Assembly: GCA_038087875.1 (NCBI GenBank)
Contig: JAXLNO010000600.1
Coordinates: 1-64,000, forward strand
From: Malacoraja senta
Taxonomy: Eukaryota
DNA length: 64,000 bases
Reading direction: 5' to 3'
A program made the position numbers and the translations under genes. Below the pieces are notes generated by a model. That model was not told where the DNA came from. It saw only the letters and a program-made list of their open reading frames with translations, and did not search any database. This document shows positions 1-13,830 of the stretch, one piece after another (the stretch's first letter is position 1; each line of letters starts with the position of its first letter).

Positions 1-328
1 ATCAGTACCCCGTTCCTGCCTTCTCCCCAAATGCCCTGATTGTGATCACGTATTGTCTTTCCGCAGACTGGTTAGCAGGCAACAAAACGCTTTTCACTGT
101 ACCTCGGTACACGTGACAATAAACTAAACTCAAACTCAACCCACGGTCATGTGGAACGTGGTTTGGGCGGCACAGTGGTGCAGCGGGTAGAACCGCTACC
201 TCACAGCGCCAGGGACCCGGGTTCGATTATGACCTCGGGTGACGGCTGTCCGTGTGTGGAGTTTGTACGTTCTCCCTGTGACCGCGCGGGTTTGTGGGTT
301 AATCGGCCCCTCTGTAAATTGCCCCCCA

Positions 329-727
329 GAAGATTGAGGGGGGAATCTTATGGAAACTTACAAAATTCTTAATGGGTTGGACAGGCTAGATGCAGGAAGA
401 TTATTCCCGATGTTGGGGAAGTCCAGAACAAGGGGTCACAGTTTAAGGATAAGGGGGAAGTCTTTTAGGACCGAGATGAGAAAAACATTTTTCACACAGA
501 GAGTGGTGAATCTGTGGAATTCTCTGCCACAGAAGGTAGTTGAGGCCAGTTCATTGGCTATATTTAAGAGGGAGTTAGATGTGGCCCTTGTGGCTAAAGG
601 GATCAGGGGGTATGGAGAGAAGGCAGGTACGGGATACTGAGTTGGATGATCAGCCATGATCATATTGAATGGCGGTGCAGGCTCGAAGGGCCGAATGGCC
701 TACTCCTGCACCTATTTTCTATGTTTC
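329..727 (+). mobile_element. CR1 LINE 3' fragment inside a V-SINE
   Basis: ORF2 C-terminus (SRTRGHSL...FFTQRVVNLWNSLP), 3' UTR, ctatgttt tail; SINE sequence on both sides. Confidence 0.9.
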
Positions 728-2030
728 TAGTGTGCAGGGAGTGGATGAGAAAGTGGGATAACACAGAACTTGTGTGAACGTTTGATTCTGAACCACCCTG
801 TCAGTGAGAATCGGGGTGGATGTTCAATGCTGGCACTGCCATCGATCTCCGCACCCTCTGAGCTAATAATGAACCTCTCCTGGAAAGTCTCGTCACAGGT
901 AGACAGGGCGGTCAAAAAGTCTTTTGGCAGGAACGGGGCCTTTGTCAGTCAGAGTATTGAGTACAGAATGTAGACATAAAATGCTGGAGTAACTCAGCGG
1001 GTGAGGCAGCATCTCTGGAGAGAAGGAATGTGTGACGTTTACGGTTCGAGACCCTTCAGACAGAAGTCCGAAACGTCACCCATTCCATCTCTCCAAAGAT
1101 GCTGCCTCACCCACTGAGTTACTCCAGCATTTTGTGTCTACCTTCAATTTTATCCAGCATCTGCAGTTCTTTCTCACGCATATTGAGTATAGAAGTTGGG
1201 AGGTCACGTTGCAGTTGTATAAGACATTGATGAAGCCACATTTAGCGTGAAGATGGAGACAAATTGCTGGAGTAATTCAGCAGGACCGGCAGCATCTCTG
1301 GAGAGAAGGAAAGGGTGACGTTTCGGGTCGAGACCCTTCTTCAGACTGAAAGTTACAGGAAAGGCAATGAGATATAGAAGATGATGTAGAGAGATACAGA
1401 ACAAATGAATGAAAGATATGCAAAAAAGTAACAATGATAAAGGAAACATTTGTTTAAGTAAGAACTGCGGATGCTGGAAAAATCGAAGGTAGACAAAAAT
1501 GCTGGAGAAACTCAGCGGGTGAGGAAGTATCTATGGAGCGAAGGAATAGGTGACGTTTCGGGTCGAGACCCTTCTTCAGACTGATGTGGGGGGGGGAGAA
1601 GAAAGGAAGAGGCGGAGACGGTGGGCTGTGGGGCAGCTGGGAAGGGGAAGGAGGGAGAAAGCAGGGACTACCTGAAATTGGAGAAGTCAATGTTCATACT
1701 GCTGGGGTGTAAACTGCCCAAGCGAAATAGACAATAGACAATAGGTGCAGGAGTAGGCCATTCGGCCCTTCGAGCAAGCACCGCCATTCAATGTGATCAT
1801 GGCTGATCATCCCCAATCAGTACCCCGTTCCTGCCTTCTCCCCATATCCCCTGACTCTGCTATTTGAGGTGCTGCTCCCCCAATGATAAAGGAAACGGGT
1901 CACTGTTAGCTGTAGCTCGGTGAGAGTGAAAGACGGGAGCTGGAGGGAGAGGGCATGCAGCGGCTACTTGAAGTTAGAGAAATTATTTAGAGTATTGTGT
2001 TCGGTTTTGACACGTCGTCAAGCTGGAAAG

Positions 2031-2950
2031 GGCGCAGAAAAGATTCACGAGGATGTTGCCAGGACTAGAGGGTCTGAGCTACAGGGAGAGGTTGCGTAGG
2101 CTGGGTCTCTATTCCTTGGAGCGCAGGAGGTTGAGGGGAGATCTTATAGAGGTGTACAAATCATGAGAGGAATAGATCGGGTAGATGCACAGAGTCTCTT
2201 GCCCAGAGTAGAGGAATCGAGGACCAGAGGACATAGTTTCAAGGTGTGGGGGAGAAAGATTTAATAGGAATCTGAGGGGTAACTTTTTCAAACAGAGGGT
2301 GGAGGGTGTATGGAACGAGCTGCCGGAGGATGTAGTTGAGGCTGGGACTATCCCAACGTTTAAGAAAGAGTTAGACAGATACATGGATAGAACAGGTTTG
2401 GAGGGATACGGGTCAAACTCAGGCAGGTGGGACTAGGGTCGACGAGACATGTTGATCGGTGTGGACAATAGACAATAGGTGCAGGAGTAGGCCATTTGGC
2501 TCTTTGAGCCAGCACTGCCATTCAATGTGATCATGGCTGATCATCCCCAATGAGTACCCCGTTCCTGCCTTCTCCCCATATCCCCTGACTCTTTTTAAGA
2601 GCCCTATCTCGCTCTCTCTTGAAAGCATCGAGAGAACCGGCCTCCACCGCCCTCTGAGGCAGAGAATTCCACAGACTCATCACTCTCTGTGAGAAAAAGT
2701 GTTTCCTTGTCTCCGTTCTAAATGGCTTACTCCTTATTCTTAAACTGTGCCCCTGGTTCTGGACTCCCCCAACATCGGGAACATGTTTGCTGCCTCTAGT
2801 GTGTCCAAACCCTTAATAATCTTATATGTTTCAATAAGATACCCTCTCATCCTTCTAAACTCCAGAGTGTACAAGCCCAGCCGATCCAGTCTCTCAGCAT
2901 ATGACAGTCAAGTTGGGCTGAGGGGCCTGTTTTTACGCTGTATGACTCTA
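2031..2950. mobile_element. Nested CR1 LINE 3' fragments (+ strand host interrupted by - strand copy at ~2465-2908)
   Basis: Two CR1 subfamily 3' ends; (CTATTGT)n tail of the inner copy at ~2465. Confidence 0.8.
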
Positions 2951-3076
2951 ACTCTCTCTGCCGTAACTGGGAGGCAGGCTGTGGGAGGGGGTCGGTGGGT
3001 GGGGGAGGGGGTCAGTCGCTGACTGGCCATTGTGGCGATGGCCCTTCCAGACGTGTTCGCTTGCTTCTCCCGGCAG

Positions 3077-3189
3077 ATTTCGATGGGGTCCTTTATCACA
3101 TCTCCAACCCCAACGCGGACAAGTCCAAGGTGATGGTCAGCATCGCCCTGAAGTTCTACAAAGAGCTGCAGGATCATGGAGCGGATGAG
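3077..3189 (+). CDS. ARPC2: ARPC2 (Arp2/3 complex 34-kDa subunit) internal exon, 113 bp
   Basis: Encodes (D)[37 protein letters not shown], nearly identical to vertebrate ARPC2; cggcag acceptor and gtgagt donor. Confidence 0.97.
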
Positions 3190-6100
3190 GTGAGTCCGAA
3201 CTAGCCCGGACAGAATGGACGTGGAGAGGATGTCTCCACTAGTGGGAGAGTCTTCGACCAGAGGGCACAGCCTCAGAATTGAAGGAAGACAAAAATGCTG
3301 GAGAAACTCAGCGGGTGAGGCAGCATCTATGGAGCGAAGGAAATAGGCAACGTTTCGGGTCGAGACCCTTTGTTCCTCCAGGAAGGATGTGAGGAGGAAT
3401 TTCTTTAAGAAAGAACTGCAGCTGCTGGAAAAATCGAAGGTAGACAAAAATGCTGGAGGAATAGACAATAGGTGCAGGAGTAGGTCATTCGGCCCTTCGA
3501 GCCAACACCGCCATTCAACATGATCATGGCTGATCATCCCCAATCAGTACCCGTTTCCGCCTTCTCCCCATATCCCCTTCTCCCCATATCCCCTATCTTT
3601 AAGAGCCCTATCTAGCTCTCTCTTGAAAGTGTCCAGAGAACTGGCCTCCACCGCCCTCTGAGGCAGAGAATTCCACAGACTCACAACTCTGTGTGTGAAA
3701 AAGTGTTTCCTTGTCTCTGTTCTAAATGTCCTACCCCTTATTCTTAAACTGTGGCCCCTGGTTCTGGACTCCCCCAGCATTGGGAACATGTTTCCTGCCT
3801 CTAGCGTGTCCAAACTCTTAATAATCTTATATGTTTCAATAAGATCCCCTCTCATTCTAAACTCCATAGTATACAAGCCGAAGAAATTCCTAGGTAGACT
3901 TCGGGTCACCTATTCCTTCTCTCCATAGATGATGCCTCACCCGCAGACTTCCTCCTGCATTTTTGTCTACCTAGGAATTTCTTTAGTCAGAGGGTGGCGA
4001 ATCTGTGGAATTCTTTGGCACAGACGGCTGTGGAGGCCAAGTAAATGGATATATTTAAGGCAGAGATAGATAGATTCTTGATTAGTACGGGTGTCCGGGT
4101 TTATGGGAGAAGGCAGGAGAATGGAATTGGGAGGGCGAGATAGATCAGCCTTGATAGAATGGCGGAGTAGACTTGATGGGCCGAATGGCCTAATTCTGTT
4201 CCTATCACTTATGAACACTCCATCCAAGCCTTTCACTAATCGGTAAGTATCAATGAGCCCCCCCCCCCCCATCATCATTCTAAGTGTTTAAGAAAGAACT
4301 GCAGATGCTGGAAAAATCGAAGGTAGACAAAAATGCTGGAGAAACTCAGCGGGTGAGGCAGCATCTAAACTACCCAAGGTGCTGCTCCTCCAATTTGCAG
4401 TGGGACTCACTCTGGCCATGGAGGAGGCCCAGGACAGAAAGGTCGGATTTGGAATGGGAGGGGGAGTTGAAGTGCTGAGCCACCGGGAGATCAGGTTGGT
4501 GGAACGTCAGTCTGAAGAAGGGTCCCGACCCGAAACGTCACCTATTCCTTCGCTCCATAGATGCTGCCTCATCCGCTGAGTTTCTCCAGCATTTTTGTCT
4601 ACTCTTATCATTCTAAATTCGTTTTTTGAGAGCATGGAGTGGAGCCGTGGGTGAGGCGGGGTTGGAGGAAGCCTGGTCTTGCTGAGTGTAGCGAGTCACA
4701 GCATGTGGTCGGGTGCGTGTGCGGTTTGGCTGAAGCACGGACTGCCTTTTATGGTGTTTTACTCTGCGCTGCCAGAAGCAGGAAGTGCTGACTTCATTTC
4801 TAAACTCGCCTCCCTCGCAAGCTTCCTACTTTCTCCGTTGCAACCGGCCCAGTCCAGCCAAGAGAAGCAGAAGCAGAAGCAGAAGCGAGCTGTTCCGCCC
4901 CTCGATAGATCACTGGCATTTTATTATCACTGTACCTGGAAGGCAGATTATTATCGAAAGTGTATCATGTTGGGAAAAGGGGAAGTACAACGGGATCTGG
5001 GGATCCTTGTTCATCAGTCAATCAGTAAGCATGCAGGTACAGCAGGCAGTGAAGTAAGCGAATGGCATGTTTGCCTTCATAGATAGAGTTCGATAGAGCT
5101 CTAGGGGCTAGTGGAATCAAGGGATATGGGGAGAAGGCAGGCACGGGTTATTGATAGGGGACGATCAGCCTTGATCACAATGAATGGCGGGTGCTGCCTC
5201 GAAGGGCCGAATGGCCTCCTGCACCTATTTTCTATGTTTCATAACAAGAGGAGTTGAGTATGGGAGCAAAGAGGTCCTTCTGCAGTTGTACAGGGCCCTG
5301 GTGAGACCACACCTGGAGTATTGTGTGCAGTTTTGGTCTCAAAAATTGAGGAAGGACATTCTTGCTATTGAGGGAGTGCAGCGTAGCCCTTCGAGCCATT
5401 CAATGTGATCATGGCTGATCATCCCCAATCAATACCCCGTTCCTGCCTTCTCCCCATATCCCCTGACTCCGCTATCTTTAAGAGCCCTATCTAACTCTCT
5501 CTTGAAAGTATCCAGACTCACAACTCTCTGTGTGAAAAAGTGTTTCCTCATCTCCGTTCTAAATGGCCGACCCCTTATTCTTAAACTGGCCCCTGGTTCT
5601 GGACTCCCCCAACATCGGGAACATGTTTCCCGCCTCTAGCGTGTCCAATCCCTTAATAATCTTATATGTTTCAATAAGATTCCCTCTCATCCTAATTTCC
5701 AGAGTATACAAGCCCAGCTGCTCCATTCCCTCAGCATATGATAGTCCCGCCATCCCTGGAATTAACCTTGTAAACCTACGCTGCGCTCTATTATCATATA
5801 TCTATACACTGTAAACGGCTCGATTGTAATCATAGAAACATAGACAATAGGTGCAGGAGTAGGCCATTCGGCCCTTCGAGCCAGCACCGCCATTCTGAAC
5901 CTTCTGAATTTTGTAGTCGGCAGGGCAGTACTCTGCATATCGCCAACTTGGACAATTTTACATTTTTATCAAGCCAATTAACCTACAAACCTGTACGTCT
6001 TTGGAGCGTGGGAGGAAACCGAAGATCTTGGAGAAAACCCACGCAGGTCACGGGGACAACTCCGGCTTTTTCCCCATATCCCTTGATTCCCTTAGCCCTA

Positions 6101-6364
6101 AGAGCTAAATCTAATTCACTCTTGAGAACGTACAAACTCAGTACAGACAGCACCCATAGTTAGGATAATCATGTATAGTCTTTCCGCTGACTGGCTAGCA
6201 CACAACAAAAGGCTTTTCACTTCTATATGCTGACAGTAAACTAAACTGTATAAGACGTGGGCAATCTTTGGGTGCTGTATGTTTTAGCTTGATATTCACC
6301 TGATGGTGTTGGTGCTGGAACTTTGCCTCCCTTGTCGTTAACTTTCTCTCCTCTGTCCCTGCAG

Positions 6365-6410
6365 CTGCTGAAGCGAGTGTATGGCTCTTACTTTGTGGCC
6401 CCTGAACCAG
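6365..6410 (+). CDS. ARPC2: ARPC2 internal exon, 46 bp
   Basis: LLKRVYGSYFVAPEP(G); pyrimidine tract plus gcag acceptor, gtaacc donor; phase fits neighbouring exons. Confidence 0.95.
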
Positions 6411-8611
6411 GTAACCTTCTTCCTCTTCATTGAAATGAAATTGTGCATCCGCACACTCGCGCATTGTGTGCAGTTTTGGTCCCCTAATTTGAAAAAGGCC
6501 ATTCTTGCTATTGAGGGAGTGCAGCGTAGGTTCACCAGGTTAATTCCCGGGATGGCGGGACTGTCATATGATGAAAGAATGGGTCGACTGGGCTTGTATT
6601 CGCTGGAATTTAGAAGGATGAGAGGAGATCTTATAGAAACATATAAAATTCTTACAGGATTGGACAGGCTAGATTCAGGAAGAATGTTCTCCATGTTGGG
6701 AGAGTCCAGAACCAGGGGTCACACTTTAAGAATAAGGAGTAGGCCATTTAGAACTGACATTTGACCCCGCAAAGTGTAACACCTCTATCTTGCCATTGAG
6801 CTTGAAAAGAGTGCTGGGAGGATTTACGAGGATGTTGCCAGGACTCGAGGGTCTGGGCTACAGGGAGAGGTTGGGGCAGGCTAGCATTCGATTCCTTGGA
6901 GCGCAGGAGGATGAGGGGTGATCTTATAGAGGTGTATAAAATATGAGGGGAATAGATGGGTAGACGCACATAGTCTCTTGCCCAGAGTAGGGGAATCGAG
7001 GACCAGAGGACATTGATTTAGTTGAGAGGGGAAAGATTTAAGACGAACCTGAGACAATAGACAATAGGTGCAGGAGTAGGCCATTCGGCCCTTCGAGCCA
7101 GCACCGCCATTCAATGTGATCATGGCTGATCATCCCCAATCAGTACCCTGTTCCTGCCATCTCCCCATATCCCCTGATCCCCTGAGAGCCCTATCTAGCT
7201 CACTCTTGAAAGCATCTAGAGAACCTACCTCCACCGCCCTCTGAGGCAGAGAATTCCACAGACTCGCAACTCTCTGTGAGAAAAAGCATTTTCTCGTCTC
7301 CGTTCTAAATGGCTTACCCTTTATTCTTAAACTGTGGTCCTGGTTCTCGATTCCCCCAACATCGAGAACATGTTTCCTACCTCTAGCGTGTCCAAACCCT
7401 TAATAATCTTATATGTTTCAATAATATACCCTCTCATCCTTCTAAATTCCAGAGTATACAAGCCCAGCCACTCCACTCTCAGCATATGACAGTCCCGCCA
7501 TCCCGGGAATTAACCTTGTAAACCTACGCTGCACTCCCTCAATAGCAAGAATGAGGGCAATGTTTTCACACAGAGGGCGGTGGGTGTATGGAACGAGCTG
7601 CCAGAGGAGGTAGTTGCGGCTGGGACTATCGCAACATTTAACAGGCATTTGGGAAGGTACATAGACAGGACAGGTTTAGAGGGATCTGGGCCAAATGCAG
7701 GCAGGTGGGACTAGTGTAGATGGGACATCTTGACTAGCATGGATGACTTGGGCTGAAAGGCCTGTGTCCCTGCTGTATGATTCTTTGTCTCCATTTCAAT
7801 TCAATTCAATTTATTTGTCTTTTGGACAAATTTGTCATTTGGACCCCTTGAGGTCCAAACAAAATGTCGTTTCTGCAGCCATACAATACAAAACGAAGAA
7901 GACCTGAGACACAACACAGTTTACACATACATCCATCACAACGCTGTGATGGAAGGCAAAAAAACGTATCTCTCCACTGCACTCCCCCCCCCCCCCCCCC
8001 CGATGTCAGAGTCAAAGTCAAAGCCCCCGGCGGGCGATGGTGATTATCCCGTGGCCATTAAAGCCACGCCGGGTGATGCAAGGTCGCGCACCGGGTCTTG
8101 GTGTTAGAGCCCCGGCGCGCGCCCGCAAAGTCCGGTGGCCATTCCAAGCCGCGCGGGGGGATAAAGCCCCGCTCCAGGTGCTCTTCAACCCCGCAACTCG
8201 GGCGGGAGAAGTCGCCGCTGCGGAAGCCCCGAAAAGCGGTCTCCCACGAGGGACCCGCGGGCTTCCGGTGTTGCCGTCTGCCAGACCCGCGGTTGTAGCC
8301 TCCGAATCTCCGGCGGTCAGGTCGGGTATATACAATATGGCACAATTACAATCGATTTAATATGAAAAATTTAGTTTTCAATCAGAATTTGACTCTGAAG
8401 TCCAGCATCTGCAGGATTTTCACAGAATTCACTGGAATTTAGAAGGATGAGAGGGCATCTTATAGAAATATAAAATTATTAAGGGATTTGACAGGCTAGA
8501 TGCAGGAAACATGTTCCCCATGTTGCGGCAGTCCAGAACCGGGGGTCACACAGTTTAAGAATAAAGGGTAGGCCATTTAGGACTGAGATGAGGAAAAACA
8601 TTTTCACCCAG

Positions 8612-11469
8612 AGAAACATAGAAACATAGAAATTAGGTGCAGGAGTAGGCCATTCGGCCCTTTGAGCCTGCACCGCCATTCAATATGATCATGGCTGATC
8701 ATCCAACTCGGTACCTGTACCTGCCTTCTCTCCATACCCTCTGATCCCTTTAGCCACAAGGGCCACATCTAACTCCCTCTTAAATATAGCCAATGAACTG
8801 GCCTCGACTACCCTCTGTGGCAGAGAGTTCCAGAGATTCACCACTCTCTGTGTGAAAAAAGTTCTTCTCATCTCGGTTTTAAAGGATTTCCCCCTTATCC
8901 TTAAGCTGTGACCCCTTGTCCTGGACTTCCCCAACATCGGGAGCAATCTTCCTGCATCTAGCCTGTCCAACCCCTTAAGAATTTTGTAAGTTTCTATAAG
9001 ATCCCCTCTCAATCTCCTAAATTCTAGAGAGTATAAATCAAGTCTATCCAGTCTTTCTTCATAAGACAGTCCTGACATCCCAGGAATCAGTCTGGTGAAC
9101 CTTCTCTGCACCCCCTCTATGACAATAATGTCCTTCCTCAGATTTGGAGACCAAAACTGTACGCAATACTCCAGGTGTGGTCTTGCCAAGACCCTGTACA
9201 ACTGCAGTAGAACCTCCCTGCTCCTATACTCAAATCCTTTTGCTATGAAAGCTAACATACCATTCGCTTTCTTCACTGCCTGCTGCACCTGCATGCCTAC
9301 TTTCAATGACTGGTGTACCATGACACCCAGGTCTCGCTGCATCTCCCCTTTTCCTAGTCGGCCACCATTTAGATAATAGTCTGCTTTCCTGTTTTTGCCA
9401 CCAAAATGGATAACCTCACATTTATCCACATTATACTGCATCTGCCAAACATTTGCCCACTCAGCCAGCCTATCCAAGTCACCTTGCAGTCTCCTAGCAT
9501 CCTCCTCACAGCTAACACTGCCCCCCAGCTTAGTGTCATCCGCAAACTTGGAGATATTTCCTTCAATTCCCTCATCCAGATCATTAATATATATTGTAAA
9601 TAGCTGGGGTCCCAGCACTGAGCCTTGCGGTACCCCACTAGTCACTGCCTGCCATTGTGAAAAGGACCCGTTTACTCCTACTCTTTGCTTCCTGTTTGCC
9701 AGCCAGTTCTCTATCCACATCAATACTGAACCCCCAATGCCATGTGCTTTAAGTTTGTATAGTAATCTCTTATGTGGGACCTTGTCGAAAGCCTTCTGGA
9801 AGTCCAGATACACCACATCCACTGGTTCTCCCCTATCCACGCTACTAGTTACATCCTCGAAAAATTCTATAAGATTCGTCAGACATGATTTACCTTTCGT
9901 AAATCCATGCTGACTTTGTCCAATGATTTCACCACTTTCCAAATGTGCTGCTATCCCATCTTTAATAACTGACTCTAGCAGTTTCCCCACTACCGACGTT
10001 AGACTAACTGGTCTGTAATTCCCCGTTTTCTCTCTCCCTCCCTTCTTAAAAAGTGGGGTTATGTTTGCTACCCGCCAATCCTCAGGAACTACTCCAGAAT
10101 CTAAAGAGTTTCGAAAGATTATTACTAATGCATCCACTATTTCTGGAGCTACTTCCTTAAGTACTCTGGGATGCAGCCTATCTGGCCCTGGGGATTTATC
10201 GGCCTTTAATCCATTCAATTTACCCAACACCACTTCCCGACTAACCTGGATTTCACCCAATTCCTCTAACTCCTTTGACCCTGCTATTTCCGGCAGATTA
10301 TTTATGTCTTCCTTAGTGAAGACGGAACCAAAGTAGTTATTCAATTGGTCCGCCATATCCTTGTTACCCATGATCAACTCACCTGTTTCTGACTGCAAGG
10401 GACCTACATTTGTTTTAACTAATCTCTTTCTTTTCACATATCTATAACAACTTTTGCAGTCAGTTTTTATGTTCCCTGCCAGTTTTCTTTCATAATCTAT
10501 TTTTCCTTTCCTAATTAAGCCCTTTGTCCTCCTCTGCTGGTCTCTGAATTTCTCCCAGTCCTCCGGTATGCTGCTTTTTCTGGCTAATTTGTACGCTTCA
10601 TCCTTCGCTTTGATACCATCCCTGATTTCCCTTGTTATCCACGGATGCACTACCTTCCCTGATTTATTCTTTTGCCAAACTGGGATGAACAATTTTTGTA
10701 GTTCATCCATGCAGTCTTTAAATGTCTTCCATTGCATATCCACCGTCAACCCTTTTAGAATTAATTGCCAGTCAATCTTGGCCAATTCACGTCTCATACC
10801 CTCAAGTTACCTTTCTTTAAGTTCAGAACCATTGTTTCTGAATTAACAATGTCACTCTCCATCCTAATGAAGAACTCAACCATATTATGGTCACTCTTGC
10901 CCAAGGGGGCACGTACAACAAGACTGCTAACTAACCCTTCCTCATTACTCAATACCCAGTCTAAAATAGCCTGCTCTCTCGTTGGTTCCTCTACATGTTG
11001 ATTTAGATAACTATCCCGCATACATTCCAAGAAATCCTCTTCCTCAGCACCCCTGCCAATTTGATTCACCCAATCTATATGTAGATTGAAGTCACCCATT
11101 ATAACTGTTTTGCCTTTGTCGCACGCATTTCTAATTTCCTGTTTGATACCATCTCCAACTTCACTACTACTGTTAGGTGGCCTGTACACAACACCCACCA
11201 GCGTTTTCTGCCCCTTAGTGTTTCGCAGCTCTACCCATACCGATTCCACATCCTCGAAACTAATGTCCTTCCTTTCCATTGCGTTAATCTCCTCTCTAAT
11301 CAGCACGCTACCCCACCTCCTTTTCCTTTCTCTCTATCCCTCCTGAATATTGAATATCCCTGGATGTTCAGCTTCCAGCCTTGGTCACCCTGGAGCCATG
11401 TCTCCGTGATTCCAACTATATCATAGTCATTAATAGCTATCTGCACATTCAACTCATCCACCTTATTAC
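8612..11469 (-). mobile_element. CR1 LINE, 5'-truncated, with nearly complete ORF2 (APE endonuclease + reverse transcriptase)
   Basis: APE motifs (GITETW, VYRPP, MGDFN, LDWVL, SDHN) in 10794-11469; 702-codon RT ORF 8689-10797 with NYRPVSLTS, LDFQKAFD, GVPQGSVLGP, FADD; (CTATGTTT)n tail; inserted into a + strand CR1. Confidence 0.95.
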
Positions 11470-13092
11470 GAGTTGTGAATCTGTGGAAATCTCTGCCACA
11501 GAAGGCAGTGGAGGCCAATTCACTGGATGTTTTCAAGAGTTAGATTTAGCTCTTAGGGCTAAAGGAATCAAGGGATATGGGGAGAAAGCAGGTTCGGGGT
11601 ACTGATTGTGGATGATCAGCCATGATCATATTGAATGGTGGTTGTGGCTGGAAGGGCCGAATGGCCTCCTCCTGCCCCTATTTTCTATGTTTCTATGTGT
11701 ACTCTCCCTGAAAGCGGCGTTGCAGGTAGATAGGGTGGCAAGGAAGGCTTTTGGGACACTGTTTTTTGTCAGTCAGGGAACTCAGTCAGAGCAGCGCAGC
11801 GGTAGAGTTGCTGCCTCACAGCGCCAGACATCCAAGTTCGATCCTGACTACGGGTGCTGTCTGTTCGTGACCCGCGTGGGTTTTCTCCAGGGTCTCCGGT
11901 TTCCTCCCACACTCCAAAGACGTGTGGTTTTGTAGGTTGAAGGGAGGCACAAAATGCTGGAGTAATCTCTGGAGAAGGATCTCGACCTGAAACGTCGCCC
12001 ATTCCTTCTGTCCAGAGATGCTCCCTTTCCCGCTGAGTTACTCCAGCATTTTGTGTCTACCTTTGATTTAAACAAGGGCCTGAGCTATAGGGAGAGGTTG
12101 GGCAGCCAACGACTTTATCCCTTGGAGTGCAGGAGGCTATGGGGTGATCTTAAAGAGGTGTGTAAAATGATGAGTGTAACAGTGTGTGTATGCACACACA
12201 CTTGCCCAGAGTTGAGGAGTCGAGCTCCAGACGACATGGGATTCAGGCGAGAGGGGAAAGAGTTAATAGGAACCTGAGGGGCAACTGTTTCACGCAGAGC
12301 GCTCTGGGTGTGTGGAACGAGCTGCCAGAGGTGGTTGTCAACGATGTGAAGATAGACACAAAATGCTGGAGTAACTGAGGGAATGGAGCAGCTGGGCTTG
12401 TACACTCTGGAGTTTAGAAGGATGAGAGGTGATCTCATTGAAACATATAAGATTATTAAGGGTTTGGACACGCTAGAGGCAGGAAACATGTTCCCGATGT
12501 TGAGGGAGTCCAGAACCAGGGGCCACAGTTTAATAAGAAGGGCTAAGCCATTTAGAACGGAGACGAGGGAACACTTTTTCACACAGAGAGTTGTGAGTCA
12601 GTGGAATTCTCTGCCTCAGAGGGTGGTGGAGGCAGGTTCTCTGGATGCTTTCAAGAGAGAGCTAGATGAGGCTCTTAAAGATAGCGGAGTCAGGAGATAT
12701 GGGGAGAAGGCAGGAACGGGGTACTGATTGGGGATGATCAGCTGGCTCGAAGGGCCGAATGGCCTACTCCTGCACCCTATTGTCTATTGTCTATAACTCA
12801 GCGGGAAAGGCAGCATCACTGGAGAGAAGGAATGGGTGACGTTTCAGGTCGAGACCCTTCTTCAGACAAGTTAAGGATGTGCTTGGGTGATGCAATACCT
12901 TACAGGACTGTGAGCAAGACAAGAATGGCACTCTGAATTTGCATCTGTGGCTATAAAAATACCTTTTACCTGATTTGAATGATCTGTTTGGATTGTATGC
13001 AAAACCATGCTTTTCCCTGTAGGTCAGTACACGTGACAACAATAAACCTGAACCGAGCCTGCAGCCCCCGGTGAGGTCATTGCATACAGTAT

Positions 13093-13830
13093 GACAATAG
13101 ACGCAGGAGTAGGCCATTCGGCCCTTCGAGCCAGCACCGCCATTCAATGTGATCATGACTGATCATCCCCAATCAGTACCACGTTCCTGCCTTGTCCCCA
13201 TATCCCCTGACTGCTATCTTTAAGAGCCCTATCTGGCTCTATGTTGAAAGTATCCAGAGAACTTGCCTCCACCGCCCTCTGAAGCAGAGAATTCCACAGA
13301 CTCACAACTCTCTGTGTGAAGAAGTGTTTCCTCGTCTCCGTTCTAAATGGCTTACTCCTTATTCTTAAACTGTGGCCCTGGTTCTGGACTCCCCCAACAT
13401 CGGGAACATGTTTCCTGCCTCTAGCATGTCCAAACCCTTAATAATCTTATATGTTTCATTAAGATCCCATCTCATCCTTCTAAACTCCAGAGTGTACAAG
13501 CCCAGCCGCTCCATTCTCTCAGCATATGACAGTCCTGCCATCCCGGGAATTAACCTTGTAAACCTACGCTGCACTCCTTCAATAGCACGAATGTCCTTCC
13601 TCAAATTAGGAGACCAAAACTGCACATAATACTCCAGGTGTGGTCTCACTATGGCCCTGTAGAACTGCAGAAGGACCTCTTTGCTCCTATACTCAACTCT
13701 TGTTATGAAGGCCAACATGCCATTCGCTTTCTTCACTGCCTGCTGTACCTGCATGCTTACTTTCATCGACTGATGAACAAAGACCCCCTTAGATCCCGCT
13801 GTACTTCCCCTTTTCCCAACTTGACCCCAT
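13093..13830 (-). mobile_element. CR1 LINE 3' fragment
   Basis: ORF 13365-13766 (RPHLEY...[10 protein letters not shown]...RGH) plus 3' UTR and tail. Confidence 0.9.

Noticed and set aside
9095..11346. Plus-strand ORFs over the CR1, and recurring short ORFs such as MISHDHIEW... and MITLNGGAGSKG...
   Set aside because: Antisense or 3' UTR translations of CR1 copies.
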